Below are positions 19,716 through 29,015 of a DNA stretch of 64,000 nt, in pieces. The stretch is from Planctomycetota bacterium (GTDB lineage: Bacteria; Planctomycetota; B15-G4), in assembly GCA_038212275.1 (NCBI GenBank), contig JBBQUR010000002.1, positions 160,001-224,000 of the forward strand, read 5' to 3'. The position numbers and the translations under genes are program-made. The notes under the pieces were generated by a model. That model was not told the origin of the DNA. It did no database searches and saw nothing but the letters and a program-made list of their open reading frames with translations. Numbering within the stretch: position 1 is the stretch's first letter; the number at the start of each line of letters is the position of its first letter.

Positions 19716-20057
19716 GCGCAGGTCATTCAAGCGCCCCCACCCGACCGCTGCGCCCGCGCCCGGCTCCCGGCGCCGACATCCCGGCCCCGGTGGCCCGTTC
19801 AGCGGCCCGACGCACAGACCCGCCCCGCTCACGTCCCCGGCGACGCGCTGACCAACTCCCCGCTCACCTCCCTTCTCACCTCACCATGCAAACCCCGGCG
19901 GCGGCCGCGCCGGGTACCGCACCGGCGCTTCCGTCGGCAGCCCCAGTGAGGCCAGGATCGCTGCCACCACCGCAGCCTGCATGATCGCCGTGAGCATCAC
20001 GCGCCGGCCGCCGCAACCCGCGCAGTGCAGCACGTCCTGCGCGAAGACGCGCTTCAG
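19716..20057 (-). mobile_element. IS91/ISCR-family remnant, copy 1 (transposase C-terminus plus oriIS)
   Basis: LKRVFAQDVLHCAGCGGRRVMLTAI…ILASLGLPTEAPVRYPARPPP*, stop at 19881. End motif GCGCTTGAATGACCTGCGC. Confidence 0.8.
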
Positions 20058-20205
20058 AACGGGCGAAAACCGCGGTGTCGGCTTCGTCGGCCCACAGCGT
20101 GCCGGCGCCGAGATTGCCGAAGATCGGGAACAGCGCGAGGAGCGCGACCACGAGGATCCCGCGGTGTATTCGCGCCGGCGCGCGCAGATCGGTCGCGGCG
20201 TTCAT
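20058..20205 (-). pseudogene. 5' stub of a second ArnT/PMT-like glycosyltransferase
   Basis: ATGA-coupled start, TM helix, FGNLGAGTLWADEADTAVFAR, then an abrupt switch to transposase sequence. Confidence 0.7.
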
Positions 20206-22214
20206 CGGATCGCGCCACCGGGACGGATGCGCGCCAGCGCCTGACCGGCCGCAGCGCGTACGGCCGGGATTGGATCTTCCGCGAACGCGCGCTCGAGCGC
20301 TGCGATCGCGGCGGGCGCGCGCCTGGTCGCGAGCGGTCCGAGCGCTTCGAGCGCACGCGCGGCGAGCATGCGGTCCGCCGCTTCCGGCGACCGCTCGAGT
20401 CCGTGTACGAGCGCGGGCGCCGCCCAGGTCGCCTGATCGCCGCCCGCCGACATCGCCCACTCGGCCACCTGCGAGAGCGGCCATGCGCTCTCCGGAATGC
20501 CGTCGGCGCTCGCCCGGTACAGCACGGCGGACGCACGCGGTTCGCGGAGCCGTTGCAACGGACGGAACCCCGCGTAGAACTCCGGCAGCGACGTCAGCGG
20601 CACGCGCGAGTCGAGCACGACGCTGCCGACCCGCTCGAAGTGGCTGCGAGAAAGCTGGATCTCCTGCCGATCGACGCGCGCCGGAACCACCAGCCAATCG
20701 CCCCGACGCACGAGCGTGTGATCCGGGATCAGCGGCTGCATGCCCGCGGCCTCGGCGTAGTACTGGAAGCCCCAGTGCCCGACGTACCAGATCGGTGCGC
20801 CGGGATCGTGGGCGCGGATGCGCTGCACCGATTGCTCCGCCACCTGTTGCTGCGCGCGCGCCTCGAGCAGGTCGACGCTCCAGACCGAGAGACCGAGCGC
20901 GACCTGCAGCGCCAGCAGCGGGCGGAGCGGCAGCGCGCGCCGGCCGAGCGCGAACGATCCGGCGCGGCCGGCGAGCAGCGTCGCGACGAGCACCGTCATC
21001 AAGACCCGGCGCACGGCCGGGAAGTTCGAGATCACGAAGTAGCTCGTCACCTCGCCGGCGAGCCACAGGACCAGGAACACCTCGGTCCGGTGCGCGGCAA
21101 GCCACGCGCCCGGCGCGGGGCGACGCAGCAACGAGACGGCGAGCGCCGCGCCCGTCGCCACGCACGCGACGCCCGAGATCAGATACAGCGCGTTCGCGAC
21201 CGGCCACGCCCACAGCGACGACCAGCCCGCGGCGATCGCCACGCCGAGCAGACCGACCGCCCAGCGCGGCGCGCCGAGCGCCGCGAGACCGAGCAGCGCC
21301 AGCACCGCGAGCAGCGCCCCGAGCAGATGCACGAGCGGCAGGATCATCTCGGTGCGCGGTGTCCAGAAGAACGGGAAGCCGAGCTGGAAAAGCAGCATCC
21401 CGTGGCCGTAGCGAAGCGTCATCGCCGCTTCCCAGCCTGCGAACACGAGACCCGCCGTCACGCAAGCGGCGATCGCGAGCCGCAGGCGCTGCGCGAGGAC
21501 GCCGTAGAGCAGCATCGCCGCCGGGATCGTCAGCTGCGTCCACTTGGTCTGCATCGCGAGACCGGCGACGAGCCCCGCGGCGATCGCCCACCGCAGCGAG
21601 CGGCGGTCGGCCGCGTCGAGATACATCGAGAGCGCGGCGAGTCCGAGCGCGATCGCCGGCACGTCCTGCATGAAGTTGAAGCTCGGCAGGAAGGCGGGGC
21701 CGAAGAGCGTCGCGGCCACCAGCCACGTCTCGAGCCCCGGCGCGAAGCGGCGCCCCAGGCGGTGCAGCGCCCACGCGAAGAGCAGCGCAAAGGGGAACAG
21801 CCAGAGCTTCCACGCGAAGACATTGGCTCCCGAGACGGCCAGCCCGAGCGCACCCCAGTAGGCGACGAGCGGCGCCAGCAGCTCTTCGTGGGCCGGCTGC
21901 GGCCATTGATACCAATAGATGTCGAAGCCGAACGGATCGAGCGGCGCGGCGACGATCTGGCGCGACACGTAGTACGTGAACGGATCGTCCACGTGCAGCG
22001 GCTTCGCCGCGTTCATCAGCGTGTAGACGAGCGCGCAGGCGACCAGCACCGCCGCGAGCCGACGCCCCTGCAATGCCACTAGTGGCAGGTCCTGCGCAAC
22101 TCGATCCCGATCACTGCGCTCTCCCGCCGAAGGATCGTCGCAGGGAGCGCAGCGCCGCGCCGGTCTGAAGCGGCAGGTGCGCGGCGGAACCGGTGTCGCG
22201 AGCGGCAGCATCAT
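20202..22214 (-). CDS. GT-C fold (ArnT/PMT-like) membrane glycosyltransferase with a C-terminal HEAT-like repeat
   Basis: KPLHVDDPF after the first TM, MQDVP, LAMQTKW, many TM helices, HEAT-like tail (DPIPAVRAAAGQAL). True start probably nearer 22080-22100. Confidence 0.75.
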   Translation of the reverse strand: MMLPLATPVPPRTCRFRPARRCAPCDDPSAGERSDRDRVAQDLPLVALQGRRLAAVLVACALVYTLMNAAKPLHVDDPFTYYVSRQIVAAPLDPFGFDIYWYQWPQPAHEELLAPLVAYWGALGLAVSGANVFAWKLWLFPFALLFAWALHRLGRRFAPGLETWLVAATLFGPAFLPSFNFMQDVPAIALGLAALSMYLDAADRRSLRWAIAAGLVAGLAMQTKWTQLTIPAAMLLYGVLAQRLRLAIAACVTAGLVFAGWEAAMTLRYGHGMLLFQLGFPFFWTPRTEMILPLVHLLGALLAVLALLGLAALGAPRWAVGLLGVAIAAGWSSLWAWPVANALYLISGVACVATGAALAVSLLRRPAPGAWLAAHRTEVFLVLWLAGEVTSYFVISNFPAVRRVLMTVLVATLLAGRAGSFALGRRALPLRPLLALQVALGLSVWSVDLLEARAQQQVAEQSVQRIRAHDPGAPIWYVGHWGFQYYAEAAGMQPLIPDHTLVRRGDWLVVPARVDRQEIQLSRSHFERVGSVVLDSRVPLTSLPEFYAGFRPLQRLREPRASAVLYRASADGIPESAWPLSQVAEWAMSAGGDQATWAAPALVHGLERSPEAADRMLAARALEALGPLATRRAPAAIAALERAFAEDPIPAVRAAAGQALARIRPGGAIR

Positions 22215-22539
22215 CGACTCGCGTCCGGTGGAGCGCGGCGTGCGCGATCCCGCCGCGCGCTTCTTGTGGATCCAGCCGGGTGTCGCGGTCTACGCGGGCC
22301 TGTCGCTCGCGCTGGTGGTCGGTGCGCTGGTGGTCGGTGCGCTGGGACACATCGATGCGCTGTCGGATCTGTGGACGCACTTCCAGCGCCAGGAGGGGCT
22401 GCCGTTCCGGGCGTCGCTGCACGGCTCCACGCCGGATGCGGTCCTCTTCGTCGAGGAAGCCGCGGGCGTCTCGCTGATGCGCAACTCGCGCACGGACGAC
22501 GCCGAGCAGCTGGTGATGGCGGGGGGCCTCGGGGCGTAG
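22177..22539 (+). pseudogene. Truncated membrane-protein gene fragment
   Basis: TM segment followed by DALSDLWTHFQRQ. Its stop codon (TAG 22537-22539) lies inside the oriIS motif. Confidence 0.35.
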
Positions 22540-23498
22540 GTATTTCAAGCGCCCACCACCCTACTCCGGCGCCTGCCGCGTGTCTCCTCCGGCACCGGGC
22601 CTCCCGCTCCGTCCCCGACACGAATCACCTGCGCCACACGCTCGAGCGCTGACCGCCCGCCTCCAGCCGCCGACATGCCTTCTCTGTTGCCCCAGTCTGC
22701 CGTCCGACGCACAGACCCGCCCCGCTCACGTCCCCGGCGACGCGCTGACAAACTCATCGCTCACCTCCCTTCTCACCTCACCATGCAAACCCCGGCGGCG
22801 GCCGCGCCGGGTACCGCACCGGCGATTCCGTCGGCAGCCCCAGTGCGGTCAGCATCGCTGCCACCACCGCAGCCTGCATGATCGCCGTGAGCATCACGCG
22901 CCGGCCGCCGAAACCCGCGCAGTGCAGCACGTCCGAGCGCGAAGCCCGCCCCGAGCGCGACGACTTCACCGCCCGCGGCACGATTGACGCCCGCAGCGAC
23001 GAGGCCGGCGCCAGCACGCCGTGATACGTCACCAGATGCGCCCCAGTCCGAGTAGGGATGCCGCAGCGCGTACGCGATGCGCCCGTCGGGCAACTCGCTC
23101 AGCCGCTCGCTCGCAAGGGCCGGCCGCGCCATGGACCGGCAGAGTCGCTCGACACCGTCGCGATAGCCGCCGGCCAGATGCACGCCGGCGTGCAGCGTAA
23201 AGCCGTCGGCGACGGCGCAGTCCCGGCTGCTGCTCTGCACGAAGGGACGGCCAGACGTGGCACCGAGACGCGTGACGCGCTCGCCGCCGTGCGCGCCGAA
23301 CGCCAGCCGGCCCTGGATCGACGCCGCCTGCGCGGCTGCCAGCTCCGGGCAGCGCTCTACCATGGCCACGGCGCGACGCGCGACCGCGACGCCGGGCTCG
23401 ATCTCGGTCTCGATCCCGCTCCCGGCGGTTGCCTCGCTCCCGGCCGCGCCCTCACCGCTGCTCCTCGCCGCAAACACCCCGTCGAGCACCAGGGCATG
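22534..23498 (-). mobile_element. IS91/ISCR-family remnant, copy 2 (internally deleted rolling-circle transposase plus oriIS)
   Basis: HALVLDGVF, GFTLHAGV, ERLCRSMARPALASERL, LVTYHGVLAP, DVLHCAGFGGRR…PARPPP*. End motif GCGCTTGAAATACCTACGC. Confidence 0.88.
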
Positions 23499-24054
23499 CG
23501 CGATGTCGTCCTCGACCGGGGCTACCACAGCAACGACGTGCTCGCGGACCTCAGCGAGCTGGGCTTTCGCACGTACGCGAGCGAGCCGGCGCGTGGCCGC
23601 CGAAACTGGAAGGGCAATGAGCGCGCGCGTGATGCGGTGCAGGCCAACCGTCGCCGCATCAAAGGCGTCCGCGGAGAGGAACTGCGCAAGAAGCGCGGCG
23701 AGATCGCCGAGCGCAGCAATGCCCACTGCTACGAGACCGGCGGACTGCGAAGTGTGCACGTCCGAGGACAGGAGAACGCGAGCAAACGCATCCTGATCCA
23801 GGCGGCCACGTACAACATCGCGCTCCTGATGCGCCGCTGATTGGATCGGGAACGCCGAAGGGGCTGGCGAGCCGTCTCGCGGCCGCCCTGCGCCAGCATT
23901 GGGCTCTCGGTCAACTCGCGAACGCCATCCGAAAGCATCTGGAGCCGATCGTCGCCGCGCTCAGGTGCTCGGAAGCAATTGTCCGCAGACCGCTGCTCGC
24001 GAACGCCGCAGCGTGATCACGCGCCGAAATGCCGCTTTCGCCACTGGCTGCTAG
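23496..24054 (+). mobile_element. 3' remnant of a DDE transposase element (IS1182/IS5-like) with its right end
   Basis: VVLDRGYHS…ERSNAHCYETGGLRSVHVRGQENASKRILIQAATYNIALLMRR* (stop 23840). Probable terminus ttcgccactggctgc-tag near 24051. Confidence 0.75.
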
Positions 24055-24066
24055 ACTGGAGGCCGC

Positions 24067-24339
24067 ATGCAGCAGGCATTCCTCGAGGTCACGTTCCGCG
24101 GTGGTCGGCCGTTCGCGGCGTACTACTGCCTGACCGGAAAGACGGGCAGCAGGAGCAGCAAGTCCCGCCGCTTCGAACCGGGACTGGTCGTGGACTACGC
24201 GCGCAACGGCGAGGCCATCGGCATCGAGATCACGGCGCCGCGCAAGCTCACGCTCGCCGCCATGAACCGGGTGCTCGAGGAACTTGGCTGCCCGCCGTTG
24301 ACGCGCGCCGAGTTCCAGCCGCTTCGCGCGGCGTCCTGA
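24067..24339 (+). CDS. DUF2283-like small protein
   Basis: AAYY…GLVVDYARNGEAIGIEI pattern. GGAGG RBS. Confidence 0.75.
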   Translation: MQQAFLEVTFRGGRPFAAYYCLTGKTGSRSSKSRRFEPGLVVDYARNGEAIGIEITAPRKLTLAAMNRVLEELGCPPLTRAEFQPLRAAS

Positions 24340-24389
24340 CTCGGCTCTTCGCGGGCGGCGGATGGCCGGCGGCCTGTCAGCTCGCCGCG

Positions 24390-24710
24390 TCAGCTCGCCG
24401 CCGCGGCCGCAGCGCGCGCGGCGGCCTCGGCCGCCGCGATGGCGACGAGGGCGTTCGTGTCGGTGAAGGCGACGACACCAAGGCCGAGGCCCTTGAGCTT
24501 GTTGTGCCACTGGATGTCGCCGGTCTTGCGGTCGAGGCACCACAACTCGCCGGACACGCCGGCGAAGATCCGCTCCGGCGTCTCGTGAATGGTCACGAAG
24601 CCGCGCATCCCCTTGAGCTTCGTGCGCCAACGCTCATCGCCCGTGACGGAGTCGATGGCGAGGACGCTGCCGCCCACGCCGATGATCAGGTTGTTCCCGG
24701 CTTTCGCCAT
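24390..24710 (-). CDS. Small PQQ-like beta-propeller repeat protein (106 aa)
   Basis: Two blades, LAIDSVTGDERWRTKL and CLDRKTGDIQWHNKL. GGAG RBS. Ala-rich tail. Confidence 0.8.
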   Translation of the reverse strand: MAKAGNNLIIGVGGSVLAIDSVTGDERWRTKLKGMRGFVTIHETPERIFAGVSGELWCLDRKTGDIQWHNKLKGLGLGVVAFTDTNALVAIAAAEAAARAAAAAAS

Positions 24711-24825
24711 CTCGGCTCCTCCTGCAGTCGCACGCGCATGATAACGCATCACGACGCCCGACCGCGCGATGTGGTCTGGCGCTGCGCGTTGCGGTGACGC
24801 GAAGTGGCTCAGTGGCGCGACGAGA

Positions 24826-26655
24826 TCAGTGCGCGAGGAACAGCGAAAGGCCACGGCTTGCGGCGACGCCCTTTGCCGCACCGGAATCCGCAAGTAGGAT
24901 TTGCAACCCGAGCGGGAACTCGTCCAGCATTGCATCGGCAGGGAGGCCGATGGAAAGGCTGAGCCCATCCGATGCGAGAGTGAGTGGCACGAAGAACGCC
25001 GCTTGAATCAGCAGGCCCTTGACAGGCATCGGCCAGGCCGAGAAGCCGACACTCAGCAAGGCGAACGTCGGCTCGCCGGACGAGTTGTCGATCTCAAGCA
25101 CGCCGTCGGAACCGAGCGCTGGGGTGCCGATCCAGGAAATATCCGGGACCCCCGACGTGCCGGCGACTCCGTTGCCGAAGTGTCGCGCCAGCGGCCCCAG
25201 CAGATGAACGCCCTCAAGCGCCTGGCGCAGCTCGGCCTGCTTCGCGGCCTGCAACGGATCGGTGGCGAGGTTCAGGTATTCGCCGGGGTCCGAGCTCAGG
25301 TCGTAAAGCTGGTGCACCTGCGGGATCGTGTCATCGTGTTCCCAGGCGGCGAGCTTCCACACCGCGCCGGTGACGGCATCGCGCTGGACGACGTAGCGAG
25401 TGAGGTTGAATCCCGCGTTCTCCTCGGTCGAATAGAACACTGGTCCATGCTCGGCGCCGGGATCCGCGAGCAGTGGAAGCAGCGATTCGCCATCGAGCGT
25501 CGCGTCGACCGGAAGGCCAAGCAATTCCATGAGCGTCGGGTAGATGTCAAGCTGTGACACCGGCGTGTCCACGGACTGCCCGTGCGTCGCAGGCATGGAT
25601 GGCACCCGGATCACGAGCGGCGCGCGGATGTCCTCATCGAAGCCGCGCGTCTTGCCGATGTGATCATGCTGGCTGAACGAGTAGCCGTGATCACTGACCA
25701 GCACGACGATCGCGTCCTCGGCCAGTCCCGTCGACACGAGCCCGTCGAGCACGCGGCCCACCTGGTCGTCGAGGTACGTGAGGCAGCGAAAGTACGTCAA
25801 CAGCGCCTGCTGCCGGCGCTCGGCCTCAGTCACGCCCCACTTCGGGTCGTAGAACCAGTAGGTCGCGTGCGACTGGTGGTTGACGCTCGACTTCCATGGA
25901 AGTGCGGTCTCTTCGGCGGGCAACGTCGGGACATCATTGAGATCGTAGAGGTCGGAGTAGGACTCCGGATACACGAACGGCTCGTGCGTCGCTTCCCAGC
26001 CGATGAATATTGCGGTGGGCTTGCCTGTGATGGAGAGTCGATGCTTCGCGGCAGCCAGCAGTCCGAGCGCCTTGTCGGTGCGCTTCGTATCCGCCTGCTT
26101 CCCCAATGCACCCGTCGGGCCGTTCAGGAACGGGCCACCGATGACGATGCCCGCTGACTCGGGCGTGTGCGGAACTTCGGGCTGGGAGATGCCGACATCG
26201 TCGGCAAAGTCCGTGTACTCATCCCAGTTGCCCGCGATCGCCGCCGTTTGCTTGTGGAAGATTTTGCCGACGCCGGCACAGTAATAACCCGCATCTCGAA
26301 GTCGGCGCGGCAGATAGGGCACGCCGTTCACCTGCGCGGGCACGTTGTCCGCGTTGTGAAACACCTCGGTATGAATCGTGTGCTGACCCGACAGAAGTGA
26401 GGTGCGCGACGGCGAGCAGACGGAATGACCGGCGTAGGCGCGGCTGAAGCGGACCCCCGACGCCGCCAATGCGTCGATGTGCGTCGCATGGACGTTGGGC
26501 AGGTCAATGTCCGTATTCATGTCGTCGATGTAAAGCACGACGATGATCGGGGCCGGTGTGACCGCATCGCTCGCACCATCATCCGGACACGCATGGACAG
26601 CAGCCGGCAGACAAGCCGCCAACACCAGAGACACGAGCATTTTCCCCAAGCCCAT
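24826..26655 (-). CDS. Secreted Cys-type sulfatase with the shared C-terminal domain
   Basis: IDDM, CSPSRTSLLSG, GKIFH, SDHG, GK, DIYPTL, LYDLSSDPGE. Signal peptide. Start 26640-26655. Confidence 0.9.
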   Translation of the reverse strand: MGLGKMLVSLVLAACLPAAVHACPDDGASDAVTPAPIIVVLYIDDMNTDIDLPNVHATHIDALAASGVRFSRAYAGHSVCSPSRTSLLSGQHTIHTEVFHNADNVPAQVNGVPYLPRRLRDAGYYCAGVGKIFHKQTAAIAGNWDEYTDFADDVGISQPEVPHTPESAGIVIGGPFLNGPTGALGKQADTKRTDKALGLLAAAKHRLSITGKPTAIFIGWEATHEPFVYPESYSDLYDLNDVPTLPAEETALPWKSSVNHQSHATYWFYDPKWGVTEAERRQQALLTYFRCLTYLDDQVGRVLDGLVSTGLAEDAIVVLVSDHGYSFSQHDHIGKTRGFDEDIRAPLVIRVPSMPATHGQSVDTPVSQLDIYPTLMELLGLPVDATLDGESLLPLLADPGAEHGPVFYSTEENAGFNLTRYVVQRDAVTGAVWKLAAWEHDDTIPQVHQLYDLSSDPGEYLNLATDPLQAAKQAELRQALEGVHLLGPLARHFGNGVAGTSGVPDISWIGTPALGSDGVLEIDNSSGEPTFALLSVGFSAWPMPVKGLLIQAAFFVPLTLASDGLSLSIGLPADAMLDEFPLGLQILLADSGAAKGVAASRGLSLFLAH

Positions 26656-26839
26656 CTCCCAATCCCTCAATGTGACCGTGGCGGCGCCGAGCACCTCCGC
26701 CGTCGGCTACCCCCTAGCAGCCTTGACAGTCCGGGACTTTAGATGCCGGGGGACGCATCCGCCAGTCGTTCTAACTGCGACGCTGGCACCGCTACAGGCG
26801 GTTCGGGCACCCGGTGTGAGGGCTTCCTGCCCCCATCGC

Positions 26840-27420
26840 TCACGATGGCATGGTTGTGATGGCGCGCACTCTCACTTGGTGCTCCGCAATCGAGTGCTGG
26901 CCGACCTCGCCCGTGAGCATGTCGTCGCCGGTCGTGAGGTAGAGGTGACCGCCGGTGACCGACAGCGCGAACGCGGTGCGGCGCTGCAGACGCGCGACGA
27001 GGCCGGCGACCAGCGCGTGGTCCAGGCTGCGCAGCTCGATGGCGGCGGCGCGGTGAATCGTCTCGCCCGGAGCTGGCGCACGAGCACGGCCGGATCCTTG
27101 TGCGAGTAGATGACGACGCGCGGCGCGGCCTTGGCCGCCTTGTGCAGGTGTCGCGCGTCCGGCGCGCCGATGTCGATCCACGCGCGCAGCGTGCCGGTCA
27201 GGTCGCGCACGGCCAGCGCCGGCTCATCGGGCTCGGAGAGCCCCTTGCCGAACGCCAGCCCCTCGGTGAACTCCAGGCAGTACGCCAGCACGCGCGTGAC
27301 CAGAAACTCCCCGCTCTCCGACGGATGGCACGCGACGCGCAGCGCGAGCGCCTCGTAGACGCCGCGGTCGGCGTCCGACAGCTCGATGTCGAAGTTGTAA
27401 ATCGTGGACGACTGGCCCAA
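26840..27420 (-). pseudogene. yaeQ: YaeQ family protein, frameshifted near 27070
   Basis: LSDADRGVY, HPSES, RVLAY, GLSEPDEP, WIDIGAPD in one frame. The C-terminal part (GETIHRAAAI…LSVTGGHLY) is in another frame. Confidence 0.75.
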
Positions 27421-27530
27421 GGCGCGGCTCCGGCGCGGACGGCAAGTGTCGTGCCCGGCGCGCCTCGCGAGGGCGAGGCTGTACCACCGCGCCGACGCGG
27501 CGCCGCCGTCGCTCGCGCCGAAGCTCGCTG

Positions 27531-28539
27531 TCAGCGGGGGGCCTTGGCGATGCGGTCCACCTGCTCGAGGTAGCGGGCGATGTCGTCGCTCGGGCGCAGG
27601 TCCTGCGCGCGGCGCAGCAGCGGCACGGCGTCGGCGTAGCGGCCCATGCCGACCAGCACCTGCGCGTGGCGGATGCGCGCGTTTACTTCGAACGACTCCA
27701 GGCTCTCGGCGCGCTCGTAGTAGAACATCGCGCGGTCTGCCTCGTACTCCTTGCTGTAGTGCTGGCCGAGCAGCATGAGCGCCTCGCCGTCGAGCGGATC
27801 GAGCTGCACGATCTCCTCGAGCACGCGCGCGGTCTCGGTGCTGCCGACACCCTCGGCCATCGCGAGTCGCGCCTCCAGCTTGAGCAGTTTGTGGCGATCA
27901 CCCTCGTCGAGGCGCGCCTCCCACGCGTCGCGGATCGCGCCGGCCACCGTCCGTGCCTGCGGCAGCGCACCGCGCGCCGCGAGCACTTCGGCCGAGCGCA
28001 GCGAGCGTTCGACCGGTTGGCCAGGATCCACGGCGATCGCGCGGCGGCACGCACCGACCGCGAGGTCCATGAGGCTCTCGGTGACGTAGATGTCGCCGAG
28101 CGTGAACAGGCTCTCCGGCGTGGACTTGCTCAGCACGTCCACCGACTCCAGGTTCTCGACGGCCTTCAGCGGCTGCTTCATGCCCAGCTAGGTGTTGGCC
28201 TGGAGCATCCAGAAGTCGGCCTTGTCCGAGTAGCGGTCGATGAGGCCGTCGAGCAGCGTGGCCGCGTCCTCGAACTTCTCCTGCTTGAAGGCGCAGCGCG
28301 TGAGGCCCAGGCGCCACTCGGTGTTCTCGGGCTGCAGCAGCAACGCGTTGCGGTACGCCGCCTCCGCGGCCTTGTAGAGTCCAGCTTGGCGGCGTAGACC
28401 ATGCCGAGCAGGCCGTACGAGTAGCCGTCGCCGTCGCCGCCGCCCAGCTCGATCAGCTTCGTGAAGGCCGCGATGGCCTCGTCGTTGCGGCCGTCGCGCG
28501 CATGCAGCAGGCCGAGGTTGCGCCACGCGCGCCGGAAAA
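27531..28539 (-). pseudogene. TPR-repeat protein, 5'-truncated at the oriIS, with a frameshift and a nonsense codon
   Basis: FRRAWRNLGLLH…, AEAAYRNALLLQPEN…, LDPLDGEALMLLG spread over frames. Frameshift near 28380, TAG at 28188. Confidence 0.8.
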
Positions 28540-28835
28540 GCGTAGGCAATTCAAGCGCCCCCACCCTGCCGCAGCGGCAGCGACGTGCCCTCACTTCGGC
28601 CATGAATGCCGCGCCGCCCGCGACGCGGCATCGCCGCTCCCCGCTCCGCAGCGCCCGCGCCCGGCTCCAGGCGCCGACATCCCGGCCCCAGTGAAGTGTT
28701 CAGCGGCCCGACGCACAGACCCGCCCCGCTCACGTCCCCGGCGACGCGCTGACAAACTCCCCGCTCACCTCCCTTCTCACCTCACCATGCAAACCCCGGC
28801 GGCGGCCGCGCCGGGTACCGCACCGGCGATTCCGC
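28540..28835 (-). mobile_element. IS91/ISCR-family remnant, copy 3 (last transposase codons plus oriIS)
   Basis: ESPVRYPARPPPGFAW* (stop 28782). Downstream DNA near-identical to copy 1 and partly to copy 2. End motif GCGCTTGAATTGCCTACGC. Confidence 0.82.
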
Positions 28836-28840
28836 GCTCC

Positions 28841-28913
28841 GCCCGCCAACGTCTCGATCACGCGGGGTCTGGCCATCACCGTGGACTGAGATGAGAGTCC
28901 CGGTTGTCGCGCC
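28841..28913 (+). repeat. Diverged copy of 15701-15768 (3' end and downstream flank of the PD40 gene)
   Basis: gcccgccaacgtctcgatcacgcggggtctggccatcaccgtggactga…cccggttgtcgcgcc versus gcccgcccacgtctcgctcacgcggggcctggccatcaccgtgggctga…cccggttgtcgcgcc. Confidence 0.85.
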
Positions 28914-29015
28914 TGCTCCTGTCGCGCGTGCGTTTGCGGCGCCTGCCCGGACCGCGCCATCGGTCGCCTCACCTGCAGTTGCCGAGCCGGCCTGCGGGCG
29001 GGTAGTGTGCGCGCC

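Noticed and set aside
26840..27420. Programmed frameshift in yaeQ
   Set aside because: No slippery run at the shift site, and neighbouring genes are also decayed, so mutation or sequencing error is more likely.
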